Below, one piece after another: positions 22,193 to 35,291 of a stretch of 53,983 nt of DNA. Both the position numbers and the translations under genes were made by a program. A model generated the notes under the pieces. It ran no database searches, was not told the origin of the DNA, and worked only from the letters and a program-made list of their open reading frames with translations. Within the stretch, counting starts at the first letter, position 1. The number at the start of each line of letters is the position of its first letter. Source of the stretch: Pseudogymnoascus verrucosus (taxonomy: Eukaryota); NCBI GenBank assembly GCA_001662655.1, contig KV460292.1. One strand, written 5' to 3'.

Positions 22193-24767
22193 TCAATTCC
22201 CGGTCCCAAAATCCGAAAATAAATCCTGAAAATCGAAAGGGATCCAAGAAAATGTCAGGCCAGGGAAGTTCCACTCCAAGACGAACTCTTTAGGTACATA
22301 GCTCTGAAAGTCCATCTCGGCATCTGCTCCATCGATACCTCTGCCAATATTCTCGTTCAGATCTCCATTCAGAGCTTTTTCACACTTCTCTACGCTCAAG
22401 CACAAGATTCGAAAGTAAATATTACTGGAGCCACCGACTTTGGAGAGCTCTCCTAGTAGAGTCTTGGCGTCACCAATGAGGGAGGACATTTTTGTCGAAG
22501 AGGGTATGAGACGGGCTAGTTTGAGGAGCAGAAGCACTGAGAAGGCGCATTTTGCTGTTGAGATGTCAGTATACAGGATGGGTAATAAGAGAGACAGAAG
22601 AAAAGAGCTTACCCCAAACAAAATCCATTCCATAACGGAACGTGGCAAGATACAGCACAGGGTTTGAGATAATCGTGCAGAGATGCCGCTGCGCACTAGC
22701 TTTTGCTAGATAAACCAGGTTCCGCTGCGGATCTGACATGATGCTAAGAGCAACTCTTTCAATTTCCTTTCTGGCTTTCCTTGATGAGGAGAACTTACGC
22801 AACATTCTCAACCCCCATCCCCTGCAGACCTGTGCACAACATCGTCATCTCAGCCCAATCTCTCTGGATTCGCAAATTGATTTGGAGGCTTGCGCGGTCT
22901 TCCTCTTTATACACATTGGAGTCTCGGAACACATGTCAATTCGCGATCATCGCTGCGGGATACAGAGACTCACCAATAAGGTTTGTCCAGTCACTGTTAA
23001 AGTCAGAATAGACACATTTGAATAAGGCACCCCAATCTTACCTCAACCAGACACTTAAGTCGATTCTTGTCTCCTGCACAATCTCGCTCATTTCCTCATC
23101 ACTCATACTTGATCCTGCTGCTGGCGAGAGTCGTTCATGGGCGAGTGCTACCATGAACATCAGCATATGGCCCACATATTCTTCAATCCCTAAAACTATC
23201 TTACCTCGGATTGAGTTCAACTTAAGAGATGTGATCAGCTATTTTCTTTTCTCGTAATTTGACACATACCTCAACCTGAGACAGAAGTCTGAAATCCAGT
23301 GCAGTGCGACTAGGGTGGGCGAGCAGTACTCGACATCTTCTCATGCCATCCCTAGAAGCTGCCCTAATACCAGGTTTCTTCCCACAATCTAGACTCAAAC
23401 TTTCCACCTTCAGCTCTTTAATTCTATTCCTCGGAAAACATTTCACTCACATATTCTCCATAATAAAAGACCCAAACCAAACCCGACTCTCCCTCATCAA
23501 CCTCTCTTCCTCAACTTTCTCTGTCCCCCCTTCGCCCTCATTGCCTAAACTTAGCCCACTCAATTTCGCATAGGAGCCAGGCAAGTCAAGATCAAGAGCC
23601 ATTCGCACAGCCATACTCGTTAGGAGCCATCCCTTTTCGGAATACCCCGCGTTAATGAGCAGCGCTTGCACCGTTTCTACCGACGCCGGGACTGTCCCTA
23701 GAAGAACATCGCAGATTCGAGATTTGGTCATATTAGAGAGGGATTGGCATTTATCGGAGCCAGGTCCTTGGCTGTCAGTCTGCGTCGAGCTGTGGCCGGA
23801 AGGAGAAATACGCACCACATTCAGCTCTACACCCTACAGCGCAAATCGTATCAAACAACATCGAGCTCCGTTCCCTCACAGACTCAAAAGTATCATACGT
23901 GACATCAAAAACTGGAACATACTTATCCTATTCCAGATCAGTCTCTCCTTCTCTCCTACTTCACCTTCAGAATGAGTAAAACTCACACAGCCCTGAAAAA
24001 ACGTCCCGAAATACACACCCGCATCCTCAAGGCTGATGAGGCCCTTACTAACAATATCCAACCCAACCTCAACATTCAACTCGATATCTCCTCTTTTTCT
24101 CTTTGCGAAACCCGCTCCGTTCCCATAACTAGTACTCGGACTCTCCAAATATGCCCTTGAATGTTGAGAGTGCTGATTATTCCCACTCATCGAAATCGAT
24201 AGATTTGACACAGGACTGGCAGACTCCCTCTGCTGTCCCTGATACTGCTGTGAATAACGCGGTGATCCTGTTCCATATCCATTTCCATTCTGAGCATGCT
24301 GATGTTGTAACTCTAGCAAGGCAACAGCAGTGGTGGTGTCAGGGATTCGATTTCGCAGCATCTCCATCTGGGTTTCGATTTCTGCGAATTTTCTGAGAAT
24401 GGTATAAGTGAGAGAGATGGGAGGGGGGAATAGAGAAAGGGGATATACTCTGTCACGGGGTCGGGGACGGGTTTGATGAAGTCGCAGTAGAAATTTGCGG
24501 TTTTACAGCGGGTGCAGGGTTTGCCACCGTCACATTTTAGCTGCTCAAGAATCAGCTTAAATGCTCAATGATCAGTTTTTAAGTACTGAGAACGCGGAAC
24601 TTACTTTGGATATTCTGCAAGCTGAGCAAGCTCTCTAAAACCGAAGTGGTCAGCAATCGGCTCACAAGGTCTCTGGACTTTTCATTGCCGCAATACGGGG
24701 AGGTGGGAGGAGAAGAACTTACGGGTATTCTTCTTTTCTTTGGGGCAGGAGATTGAGATGTTTTCAT
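22193..24767 (-). CDS. Zn(II)2Cys6 transcription factor (PriB/Aro80-like)
   Basis: The spliced N-terminus reads RACSACRISKLKCDGGKPCTRCKTANFYC. The middle homology region contains ETVQAL, GWLLTSMAVRMALDLDL and RVWF. Confidence 0.9.
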
Positions 24768-25008
24768 CTTGAGGACACCAGATTTTGGTTTACAAGGAGC
24801 TAGAAAATAGATGTACGACACATCGAAATCAGCTTTGGTGTTGACGGCCAGGCATTTCCACCATGGGCGTGCGGGGAAAATCACGTGGAGCTTGCCCGGG
24901 AAATAAGGTGTCGTGATCCCAGACATGGATGTGGCCTTTCGAGAGGTCACAGAATTGGCCAAGATCACGAGTTGCCATATTAATTCTAAAGAGTCGGTCA
25001 AGCCAAGA

Positions 25009-25545
25009 ATCCAAGCTTGGGACACGAGAAGGGCCTATCAACTTGGAAACTAAAAACCGTTAACGCTGAAACGCAAAACCTTGAAATCAAAAATAACCTG
25101 CTCTAATTTTGAGGTAGCGGGCTGACAAAGATGTCACCCTCAGGAACCTGGGGTGACGGTTGCTATTATGCTGTATCCACAATATGCAAGGATGGATGCC
25201 TTTGGGCGGGTAGTAAAGCGCGCACATTGGCTATGCGCCTACAAGCTACGGCTAGGGAGCTGAATGCTCTGAACCAATTGCTAGTCTTGAATCACGCGTA
25301 CCCATGTCGACATCCAACTTTTTTTCTAGGCAACTGAGCGGCAAAGTGTCGCTGCTTTTCCCAGACTTCAGAAAGGAGAAATCAGAAAATGGTAAACCAG
25401 CATTGGCGGGCCCAAAGCCAAGCTGGCATCAGTGGATTAATACCACTAAACCATTGATGCCGGATTGATGTTAATCAATTGTTGTATTCCGATAGATGTT
25501 AGCGGGACCCGCGGCTTTAACCACCACAACTTTCAGTTTTCGAGA
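25009..25545 (+). repeat. Dispersed module, copy 3, with a ~280-bp upstream extension shared with copy 5
   Basis: Core TTGAATCACGCGTACCCATGTCGACATCC...GGATTAATACCACTAAACCATTGATGC...GATGTTAG. The upstream ATCCAAGCTTGG...AAAACCGTTAACGCTGAAAC aligns with 39702 onward. Confidence 0.88.
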
Positions 25546-25629
25546 GACACATTAGGGGACAAACCATAGGGCTCTTATGGCTACCTAGGGTCTCCCCCCA
25601 AATGGCAGTGCAAGTAACAACACCGAAGC

Positions 25630-25785
25630 CAACCATTCCCTGTTGCCATGAAACCGCCCGCAGGCACATCCTGTGCCTGCGATCACCTGAGGCAGATTTC
25701 GGAACCAACCAACCGTTTCGCGGTTTTAAGCGCTCTTAGGCTGATTCGGTGGTCGTTGCAGGTGGAGATGGACGTGCTTAGTGGC
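25630..25785 (+). repeat. Single degenerate ~92-bp unit plus terminal block, homologous to 27225-27700
   Basis: GAGGCAGATTTCGGAACCAACCAACCGTTTCGCGGTTTTAAGCGCTCTTAGGC versus AAGGCAGATATCAGAATCGACTAACCGTTTCGCGTTTTTGAGCGCTCTTAGGC. Confidence 0.8.
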
Positions 25786-26259
25786 AGTGTAAGTAAAAGT
25801 AGCAAAGGTCCTAGTGTGAACACGGTAGCGGGGGGGCTGACAACGAGAGACGATTTTGGTGGTGGTCTTGGCGCGTGAGCGACCGCGACCAAAGAGAAGC
25901 CTGATGGTAAAGGGAGGTCGCGGGATTAAGCAACCCTTCATTATGAGTACTTGGCACGGCTTTCCAAAGGGCAAGTGTATCCGATGTTTCAAACCGAGAA
26001 AAAAGAATGCACCTAGACGAAAATGGTCTAAATGGTAACCTGTACTGCCCTACTCGGTTTTGATTCTTTTCAGACTAACAAATTGTTAGCTCTTCATGTG
26101 CTCTAGAACTTTATTAGGTTGAGACTAACGCTATTAAGTTCAAGACAAAAGATGTAAGCTTCGGATTAAGCCGTAAATGGTACCGGGATTATCAATTGGC
26201 CTCACGGAAGAAGAAGTCAACGGAAGGAGATTATCGTCCTACTGTAGAACAGGAGACTA

Positions 26260-26940
26260 CCCCTATGTCGACCAGCGGAATTACGTATGAAAACCCGCCA
26301 ATCGATCTTGTATGCAGGCGTCTCATAATGAAGTGGGAGCCGATATTCAATATTGTTCATCGTTAGTAACGATTCGTTACCTCCACTGCCGGTGTGTGAT
26401 CCGATTGTCAACGCCTTCATATATAGAAAAGGAGGTGACCAGCTTAGTCCCTGCCTTATGTCCTAGACATAATACACGAGGCGTCAATCATCAGGAAACA
26501 TTAACTACTACCAGGACCAGTATTTCAAAAAGTTTGGGGGTTACCGTTCATTTCAAGATTTTATTTACGATCGCAATCCGATCATATATAGAAGTTTAGG
26601 TAGTGAGAGATTCTTACCTAATGACCATATTGAAGACGCACTCAAAGCTTGGAACAATTTCAGAGAAGGAAATGAAGAGGGCTTTCACAAGGCAGCTTTC
26701 GAGTACTTTTTCGAGATTAATAATGAACTAGAGAAAATGGGCTTGAAGTTGCCCGACGGGACTACAGAAATTATTAAGGATGAAAGGGTTTAAAGACGGA
26801 ATGCGGCAGCTGCTGAGAATAAACTGCTCGGACTTAGCGAGTTCAGCAATTTAGGCCAAAATGAAGAACAACGACGAGATCTCTCCGAATCACCTATGAT
26901 AAGAGAGGTAAATGAGATACTAGATGGGCGGTGCTTGTGA
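26260..26940 (+). pseudogene. Degenerate coding relic of an unknown protein
   Basis: An ATG-less frame is open from 26473 to 26790 (NINYYQDQYFKKFGGYRSFQDFIYDRNPIIY...), then continues past one TAA to TGA at 26940. The composition is protein-like. Confidence 0.45.
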
Positions 26941-27224
26941 AATTTTCACTGGGCGATTAAGGATTGAGTGTGGTACGATGTGCGCGTTAGAGCTACTCTA
27001 ATGCTAAGGTGCCATTTATAAATCTAGTGTCTCAAAGTAACGTCCGTCCCTAGGTGGCGGAAAAACCACGGTGCGGTCGGAATTTGGAAGGGCAATATAG
27101 ATTGTTGTATAATCGCAGTAAAACCGACGAAGTTGTCTATGCTTCTTACGTTACTATTATGAGGTTCTAGTATTAGGCCAGTGGTTCCGTAACCTCTGGG
27201 CTACAGGGCAGGCCACGGGGCAGC

Positions 27225-27700
27225 CCCCGTTTCTACGAAGCTGCTATCTGCATGGAAGACACAGGATGCAGCCTTTTGAGACGCATGAGGCAGATATCAG
27301 AATCAGGACGCTATCATAATCGAAGACAGAGGATGTGGCACTTTTATGCAAAAATCTAAATCAACTAACTGCACCCCGTTTCCATGAAGCCGCTGTCGTG
27401 ATCACGGACACAGGATTCAGCCCTTTTAAAAGCCCTAAAGGAGGTTTAGGAAACCGGCTAACCATCCCCCGTTTCGATAAAGCCGCTGTCATAATCGAAG
27501 ATATAGAATGCGGCCTTTCGAGAGGCCCAATGCAGATTTGGGCAATCGACCAATCATGCCCCGTTCCCACAATCGCAGACACGGGATACAGCCTTTTTAA
27601 TGGCCTAAGGCAGATATCAGAATCGACTAACCGTTTCGCGTTTTTGAGCGCTCTTAGGCCGCTTCGGCAGTTGCTGATGGCAGGGATAGACGTGCTATGT
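27225..27700 (+). repeat. Degenerate tandem array of ~92-bp units (4 full plus 1 partial)
   Basis: Units CCCCGTTTC.ATGAAGCCGCTGTC.TAATCGAAGACACAGGATGCAGCCTTTT...GGCAGAT start at 27225, 27374, 27467 and 27559, with a partial unit at ~27311. Confidence 0.85.
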
Positions 27701-30010
27701 AGTCTACAGACCTTTACACACGATATACGCCCGGTTAAGTCCGCGAGCCTCTGCAAGCGCCATAATTATTATGTTTTGTCCCAAAGGTGCTATGGGGTTT
27801 CTTTACAGGCAGTGGGCAATATGAGGGATTTTGGTCGAGGTAGTTGTTGACCCAGCGAAGAATAGCGGATAATTGCCCGTGTTCGCACGGACCACCCTAG
27901 CTAATCGTCGGTGAGAACACCGACGATTACGTACTTGAGGAATTAGGTTTGAGGACCGATTATTGGTTGAAATGAACGTTAGAACCACTTTTCGATCACA
28001 TCCCTGTACCTAGATGCACCAGGCCAACATCCAAACCTCTTAAAGTAGCACCCGCAGATCGCGTCCTGATCTTTGCTAATGCTACAGGAGCACTTTCAAT
28101 TTCAAAAATGGGTGCGGTGTGCCCTCATCTTTCAAAATCGCCAGAAACCACCCCTTGAAGTAATTCCAACACACGCCAAGACTATGTACCCATTATGAAC
28201 ACGTACTTTTCTTTTAATCACAAAGAACGCCTCTTGAAGTGACCTCTTTAGAACTGTCCCTGTCTCTGTCTACAACACATCGCTTTTACGTCCCTGTATT
28301 GATTTGCCAGAATAAATCATGCAGAGAAAACGAATGTAATCGATTGTCCAAACCTAACTATGTAAACTACGGGTAGGCCTTAGTGAATATAAATGTCTCG
28401 AAATAAGAATTGAGAACCCTCCCGGGTGGAGTTAGTCGCGCTAATTGCAAGCTCGAGAGCTGATTTGACGAATATAGGAAGGAGTATCCGGGCTGTGTAA
28501 GCCTGCATAAAGCTCTTGGAAATGCCGACAGGGGGAAGATGCGGGGTCATGCGACCCCGTGTTGTCGCTTTGACGGCGACACCGACGATCGAAAATAGTT
28601 ACTGTGGTCCGCTAGTTGTGGTGCACCGTGAAGACGGAGGACTCTTATCCTGCATAGTAGGGTAGTTTTGTCCGTCGTCGTTATATGAGGAAGTAAAGTT
28701 TGCACGGAGATCGTCGGTTTCGCAGGTGGGAAGGTGGCGGAGACGTTAGGAACGCTCGCACGGCAAGGCTGCGAGATCATTTACCGCCACGCGGTTTAAA
28801 GAACAGGGTTGGTTAATCATAGCACTTTTTCGATAGTCAGCGAAACCACCAAAGACTAATCAGGATAAGTCTTTGATAGCGAGTTATGGTTGATGATGTG
28901 AATCATGTAGTAGACGAAAGATGAAATAGTTGCATAGCATTATCATTAATGAAGTGACAGAAGGTATAGCGATACACCAGAGGCCCCTGAGCTCACTGCC
29001 TCCCAGAGCATCGTCACTTGTCCTGACACTCTCTAAGTCTAGCCGGCTGATTAGCTACTGGCTGATTCCAGGTACAATCTCCACTATTGGTCGGAGAATG
29101 CAGTTCTAGAGAATGGTGGACTTCACCTCCTAGAACCTGTACCGTAGATGTTCCAAAATCCTGCCATAACCGTGCCGTCACCTTCTTGGTCGCTTAAGCG
29201 CCATCCGTCGGATAACTTCAAATAGAAAACATAATCCTAACTATTCTCATGCACTCTTGTGACATAATATTAGCTCAGCGTTCACTGGGCTTAATCTTTA
29301 CTCCACACCACATTGACTGTCATAATATCCATGGCCGCTGCCTTCGAAGTTCAACGATTCAACAGACATATATTTTGAGAGCGGCATTTAACGCCTGAAA
29401 TACAAATATGTGTTGACATAGGTCTATTACGTCCTTTAAGGTAGATTTGATTGTCTTCGTGGCCAGGCTGTTTTCCTCCGCGCAGGGCCTGGCCCAAGTG
29501 CATCCTTCCAAGACAAAATGCTCATTTGTCGCCAATTACTTCTCGTCTAGATCTCACTGGTACTAGCCAAGGCCGGAATATCTTCGTTACAGTTCTTTCC
29601 CTTGCTGGGAATCGACACTAATTAGCCAAGGAGGAGGGGGCGGCGGAGTCAGGGCTTGGCAGCTAATAGGTGGCGAAAGATTAGCAAAAGCCCTCTCCCT
29701 TTCTTGGGAAGATATCTGCCGCTAGCTTGGCTTTCTCTTAAGCTGACGTGTGTCGGTCCGTTTTATTCTCTAGTCTGTAGAAATCCCCCTGAAGGTAAGG
29801 TTGTCTGCAATAATGAATTGATTGGTTGAAGCCGTGGATTCGTTCACCTCCATAGGGCCCCAATAGCCACGATTTATCGTCTATAAGATCAAGTACTAAC
29901 CCCGGAATTTCCCCAGATTAATAGTCAATTCCCTTCTCCAAGCCTCGTCAGCTTATCCCACTTCCTATATGTCCCCCTATACACGCTATCCTCAAACAAC
30001 TACTTCCGTT

Positions 30011-31874
30011 ATGGAGAAGAAAGAAGATCTTGGCTCGGCTGTGGTCCATGATGAGGATATCTTCAAAGATACTGAGAAGCCTAGCGCGGTACAACGTGAT
30101 TACTCTGGTGCTATCATCTCGATTGACCCAATCGAGAAACGACTTGTTAAGAAGCTAGACCTCAGAATCATGGTGCGCTAGATCTTTCTCTCAACTCTTC
30201 TAAGTTAACGGGTATTAGCCAACGCTTTGGTTAATGTACTGGCTTAACTATCTCGATCGTAATGCTATTGCTCTAGCGAAGCTGGATCATATCGAAAAAG
30301 ATCTTAACATCACTCCTACGCGTAAGTCCTAAGAACACCATCTTTAGATGGTCTTAAGCAGAGTACTAATTTTTTCTCTTTCGTTTGTATAGAGTACTCC
30401 ACCTGCGTCTCCATTCTCTTCGTCGGGTATGATAACACAGTCAGACTAGAATCGACCGTCAACTAACTAAATTCAGTTACATTCTTGGTGGAATTCCCTC
30501 GAACATGTTGATTACCAGAATCAGGCCATCCTTTTACATGGTGCGTGATATTGGCTACTTAGGATTTACTTCCATACTCATATTCTAATAGGGATCAGCC
30601 ATGGCGCTCTGGGCCATCGTTTCGACACTTACCAGCATTTCACAAAATTTCACTGGGCTTCTCCTTACTCGATTTTTCTTAGGCGTCACAGAGGCCCCAT
30701 TTTATCCGTACGTGAGGTTTTTTGTATTTCGCCTATGGTATACTGACGGAACCTAGTGGTGCATTGTACCTCCTTTCCATCTTCTACACCAGGAAAGAGG
30801 TCGCCACTCGCATTGCCATTCTATACACAGGAAACATCTTCGCTACTGCCTTTGCTGGTCTAATCGCCATTGTCCTCTTCAAAATGGACGGAATCGCGGG
30901 CCTTGAGGGATGGAGATGGCTCTTTATTATCCAGGGTATTTTAACCTTTGTAGTGGCTGTTGTTGGCACCCATTTCCTACCCGATGACCCAACTGTGACC
31001 CGCTGGCTCACACCAGAGGAGCGCATTCTCGCACACGAACGTATCAAGCGAGACACAGTTGATGATCAGGGCAAAATCTCTACTATTAAAGGACTTAAAG
31101 AAGCTCTTTCGGACTACCGGGTTTGGATTTTTGTCTTTATGCAGCACATGCACCTGGCATCTAACGGATTCAAAAACTTTGTACGTGTAGTTGATTGTCA
31201 TCACAGGTTCTTGCTAATCAGTTTTCTAGTTCCCTAGTGTTGTTCAAGGTCTTGGCTTCGATCGAACCATCACCCTTGTGTTGACTTGCCCACCAGTGCG
31301 TACCCAGCGATTGAAATGCCGCAATCTTACACTAATAATGCCTTTCTTTAGTATCTTATTGCTGGTGCGATTAGCGTGTATTGGTCATGGTCTTCAGGGA
31401 AGTTCAATGAGAGAACCTGGCACATCTCAATTGCTAAGGCTGTCGCCATTCTTGGATTTATACTTGGATTCGCAGTCAACAACACTGCTGCACGCTACGT
31501 CAGCATGGTTATTTTTGCTATTGGAACTTACGCTGTTAATAGTATCATTCTCGGGTGGGTTGGTGCTACCTGCGGACAAACAAAGGAGAAGAGAGCTATT
31601 GCAATTTCTATCATCGTTAGCACATCAAACGCGAGTTTCATCTGGACTCCGGTAAGTCTTTTCTAAAACTCATAACGTCTGAGCTTTACTAACTTGGGTA
31701 CAGTACCTTTGGACCAACTCTTACGGGGGAAGGTATACTCTTGCGCTTGCTACTAGCGCTGCCTTTTCTGCAGCAACAGCTATCGCAGCTTGGGCCATGA
31801 GATTCAACCTCATGAGAGAGAACAAAAAGATCAGACAAGATGAAGATGAAGCGACCTTATATTATGCCTACTAA
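30011..31874 (+). CDS. MFS transporter, anion:cation symporter family (Tna1/Dal5-like), many introns
   Basis: Motifs EKRLVKKLDLRIM, LNYLDRNAI, RFFLGVTEAPFYP, FYTRKE, GLEGWRWLFIIQG and PDDP. An alternative ATG is at 29969. Confidence 0.92.
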
Positions 31875-32438
31875 AGGAGTCATTTTTAGGAAACCGACTT
31901 TTGGCAGAGCCGCTATCAATTATTTAGGCGCTACATAGTATATTATAAAGAGTGCTTTACAAATACTATAACGTGGTTCATACAATTTTCTAGGTTTTAT
32001 GCAAGTAGAACTTCGCTGAGGAATAAGATGGGAGTGAAAGGAGAGGAATGAATGACTGTATGTGGAGTAGGGAAATCTGCTCTCCTTTTTCCTTCTTCTC
32101 CTTCTCCTTCTCGCCTCCCTTCCCGTCTATCCTACTACTCTGCTTGCCTCTTAGTTACCTTGATCTTGCTAAGGCAATAGTTATAAAGCCCTCGAAGGAT
32201 AAACTACTAGTGAATGAGAGACGTCTTTTCACAATAGAGCTAATGCTAATTAATTTGCCCATTTTGCTTACGTATTTTCTTTTGAAAATGGTATTTTACG
32301 TGATAAAATATTTCGAGAATAAGTGAAAATTACGCAAAACAAAGACCATTTGTACGAAATGAAGAGCTCATGGTGCGGATAACGCCTATTTATTAAGATA
32401 TATTGTAGCCTATAGACAATATTTATCTTAGAACTCAT

Positions 32439-34740
32439 TTAGGCCGATGTCACAGTGAATTTCGTGCCTTTCTTCCCCTTCAAGTTAACGATGGCCCCTG
32501 TGCCCAGACCAGCCACCTTGATACTCTGATCTTCATTGCTGCCAATTGGCGTCTGGCCGATCGTAACGTAGACGTCATTCTCCAGCTCCGACGTAATCGT
32601 CGCAGTCTTGAGTTGCCCTTGTTATCTCAGCTGGCGTCAACCTTGAAGCCTCCTCGAGTAATCATGCCCTTGAATGAACCTCCGCCACTGGCAACCCACG
32701 CAGCTGGAATACTGGGTAGCAGGCAAATTAGAGTGACTTTGTTGAGCTCTCCTGTATAAGCTGCTTCCAATTTGGCGTTGCCAGGAGGTGCTGTCATTAT
32801 ATTCGTGGCTTTGTATGAAAGATTCCACAATACCAGCGGGAGTACGAAAATTGCCATCAATCTGGAAGGGTGCCACGTCTCCCTGGTTTAACATGGTCTT
32901 ATTCCATGAGCATTCGCTCATTTGAGTAACAAGACGTTCATGCGCTATGTCTGGGAGGAGCATGCGGCCAGACATGGCAATAGTCCAGTCTCGGGGCCAA
33001 CCACAAGGGCCGCCGCCATTACTATTCAATACATACCATCCGCTTGAGTTACGAGAGAATATATGGTTTTATTAGAGAGCATCAACGCTATGGGAAGAGT
33101 TGCCTTGACACCATGCAGAATGTGTAACGGAGAATAGGAAAAAGAAAAAAAAAACGAGACCTACTCAAGTCGATTGTGAAGACTGGTGATAGCGGCGTCA
33201 AACGTCGTTTTGTTAGACGAGTTGATATGCAATAGCGGATATATTGGTACAAGGTGGGAAGTGTGCCCGTTGCCTGGGATAGACTACAACAAGGAGGGGA
33301 AGAAGAAGTCAGCCGACAGTGAACTAGAGGTTTCCTCTCTGACAACAGGATAGTGCACCTCTTCATAGTCATGGATCCATTCGGCAATGCCACCGTATTG
33401 ATTTATCCTTAAGCTAAGAAGCTTCGCCCTCATCTGGGCTGCGCGCTTGGCAAATTTATCGTCTCGAATACAGAGCGCAGCCTGCGCCTCAGGAACAAAT
33501 CCGAAGAGGTCCAGAGCAACTGGTTATCGATAGTCGTACCAAGTGAAATGGACGCTGTCTTCCCGTTGCTATTTGGTATGACATAAGTGTTTTCTGCAGA
33601 TACTCTTGAATTTGTTACCATATAACTGTTATATTCTTTCAGAAAGTTGAGTGCAAATTCAACGTTAGCCTTAAGTGTCGGGAACATGTCCTTGAGAAGC
33701 TCCTTATCCCCAGTAAATCGATAGTGTTCTATCATATGAGTGACCATCCATGTGGCTCCCATCGGCCAAAAAGTTGCAGGAGAATAATTATCCTGGGGTG
33801 CCGAATCACCCCACAAATCCGTGTTATGGTGAGTTACGGTGCTAGAGCAGCCGTACATCTCCTTGGCCACTTTTGCGCCTTGTGTGCCCATCGTTTTTAA
33901 GAGGCTATTCAGTGGCGAAGTTAGATCCGCAAGACCTTTTGTTAAACTGAAGTTAGCGCTCATTCTACTTAGAGAGTATAACATTACAGCTCAAATGGCT
34001 ACTCACCTGTAGCCAAGCTGGGCCAATAGTTCATCTCTAGACCAAAACGTTAGAACTATTCAGTAAGAGGTAAAAAGCAAGCACTCCAGTTGGAAGTACA
34101 AGCCTGCTAGTTCAGGGTCAAAAGCATCAACTGCAATATTGGCCATCCTTTGAGGCGCCGTGAGCGCTTTTTGTTCCGGTGTTGATTTCCAAGATACAGA
34201 GACATACGCCCTGCGATAGCTTGGTAGTGGGAAACATGGGCGACGCGAATATCGCTGTAGCTCTTCGATACAGCCGCTAGATCAGAGAGAACTGCACGCT
34301 TGGGATCCTTCCTTCGGTAGCTCGTTCATGCCTGAAAGAAAACCGTAGCCTCATCTGCTCTCTTACACAGAACATTATCACCTAGCGTCGAAACTTTGCC
34401 ACCAGACGCGACTATGCGTGCTCCAGCAGCCTAGACAATAGGCCCAGCACCTGCAGTAGACCCTCCAATGACAATAGAGTCATTGTTTGAGGCAGTCTAT
34501 ACTGAACGTGGCGATCTAGCTCAACGACGTCCCAGGCACCACGGTCCAACCTGACATTGAAATTGAGAGAGCCGGGCTTACTGGCCATGGGGTTTATAGT
34601 GATGATATCATCTGGATTGCTCGCGAGGTAGTCTCGTTGAAAAGTAATGCCACCCACGAAAAATTGCGTACCACCTACCGACTCTTCAACATCTTTTCAT
34701 CGCTCATAGCCTGTTGAATTGCCATCCGGAGACGTTAGCC
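32439..34740 (-). pseudogene. GH95 alpha-L-fucosidase-like pseudogene, 5'-truncated
   Basis: Fragments RDYLAS, MNYW, HHNTDLWGD, FWPMGATW, EHYRFTGD, IAEW, FQIDGNF, QSHE and LLP...G...RGG remain. It carries multiple frameshifts, deletions and an insertion. Confidence 0.88.
33123..33347. mobile_element. Solo-LTR-like insertion inside the GH95 pseudogene
   Basis: A 225-bp segment unrelated to GH95, bounded by TGTAACGG...GACAACA and placed just after an intron donor of the gene. No TSD was seen. Confidence 0.45.
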
Positions 34741-34810
34741 CTGTCTTACCCCGCGCCTGGGAGATCTTAGCTCCATCCCACCCCGCACGACGAATACCAT
34801 CATCCTTCCT

Positions 34811-35054
34811 GGACCCGGATGCTCCGAACCAGTTATTAGGCTCGAATCACACATCCCCATGTCGACATCCAATTCTTTTCCAGGCAACCGAGCGCTAAAA
34901 TGTCGCTGCTTTTCCAGGATTCAAGAAAGGGGAACCAGGAAAGGGTAAACTGGCATTAGAGGGCCCTCTCCATGAACTGGCATCGATGGATTAATATCAC
35001 TAAACCACTGATGCTTCTAGTTGTTAGCCAGTCCCGTACGACGATAGATGTTAG
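34811..35054 (+). repeat. Dispersed ~210-bp module, copy 4
   Basis: High similarity to 4828-5068. It contains the palindromes ATGTCGACAT, AGCGCT and AGAGGGCCCTCT. Confidence 0.9.
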
Positions 35055-35291
35055 CCGTAGAGGCTGTCTTAACGACCTGCACACAATTGAGATAACTTGA
35101 AGAAGCCGCCTTTGTTCAAACCAGGTTGAAATCCCTCATTTGACTGCGTCCCACAGCCTATCCGGGAAGATCTCAACAACTATCAAACGCGCTGTCACGT
35201 GTTTTACAGCGTTCTTAATGGTATCTGAGACTAATCGTGTTCGTCTTGGTATATATTGTGCTTTGGGGAACAAGAGCACAAAGAATTGGTA

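Noticed and set aside
27225..27700. CRISPR-like array, or the 171-aa ORF at 27335 as a repeat protein
   Set aside because: The context is eukaryotic, the units are homologous along their full length with no unique spacers, and unit lengths of 92-93 bp do not keep frame.
29000..29230. Minus-strand fragment resembling a lectin-like domain (DGWRLS...FWNIY)
   Set aside because: It is too short and interrupted by stops to assign.
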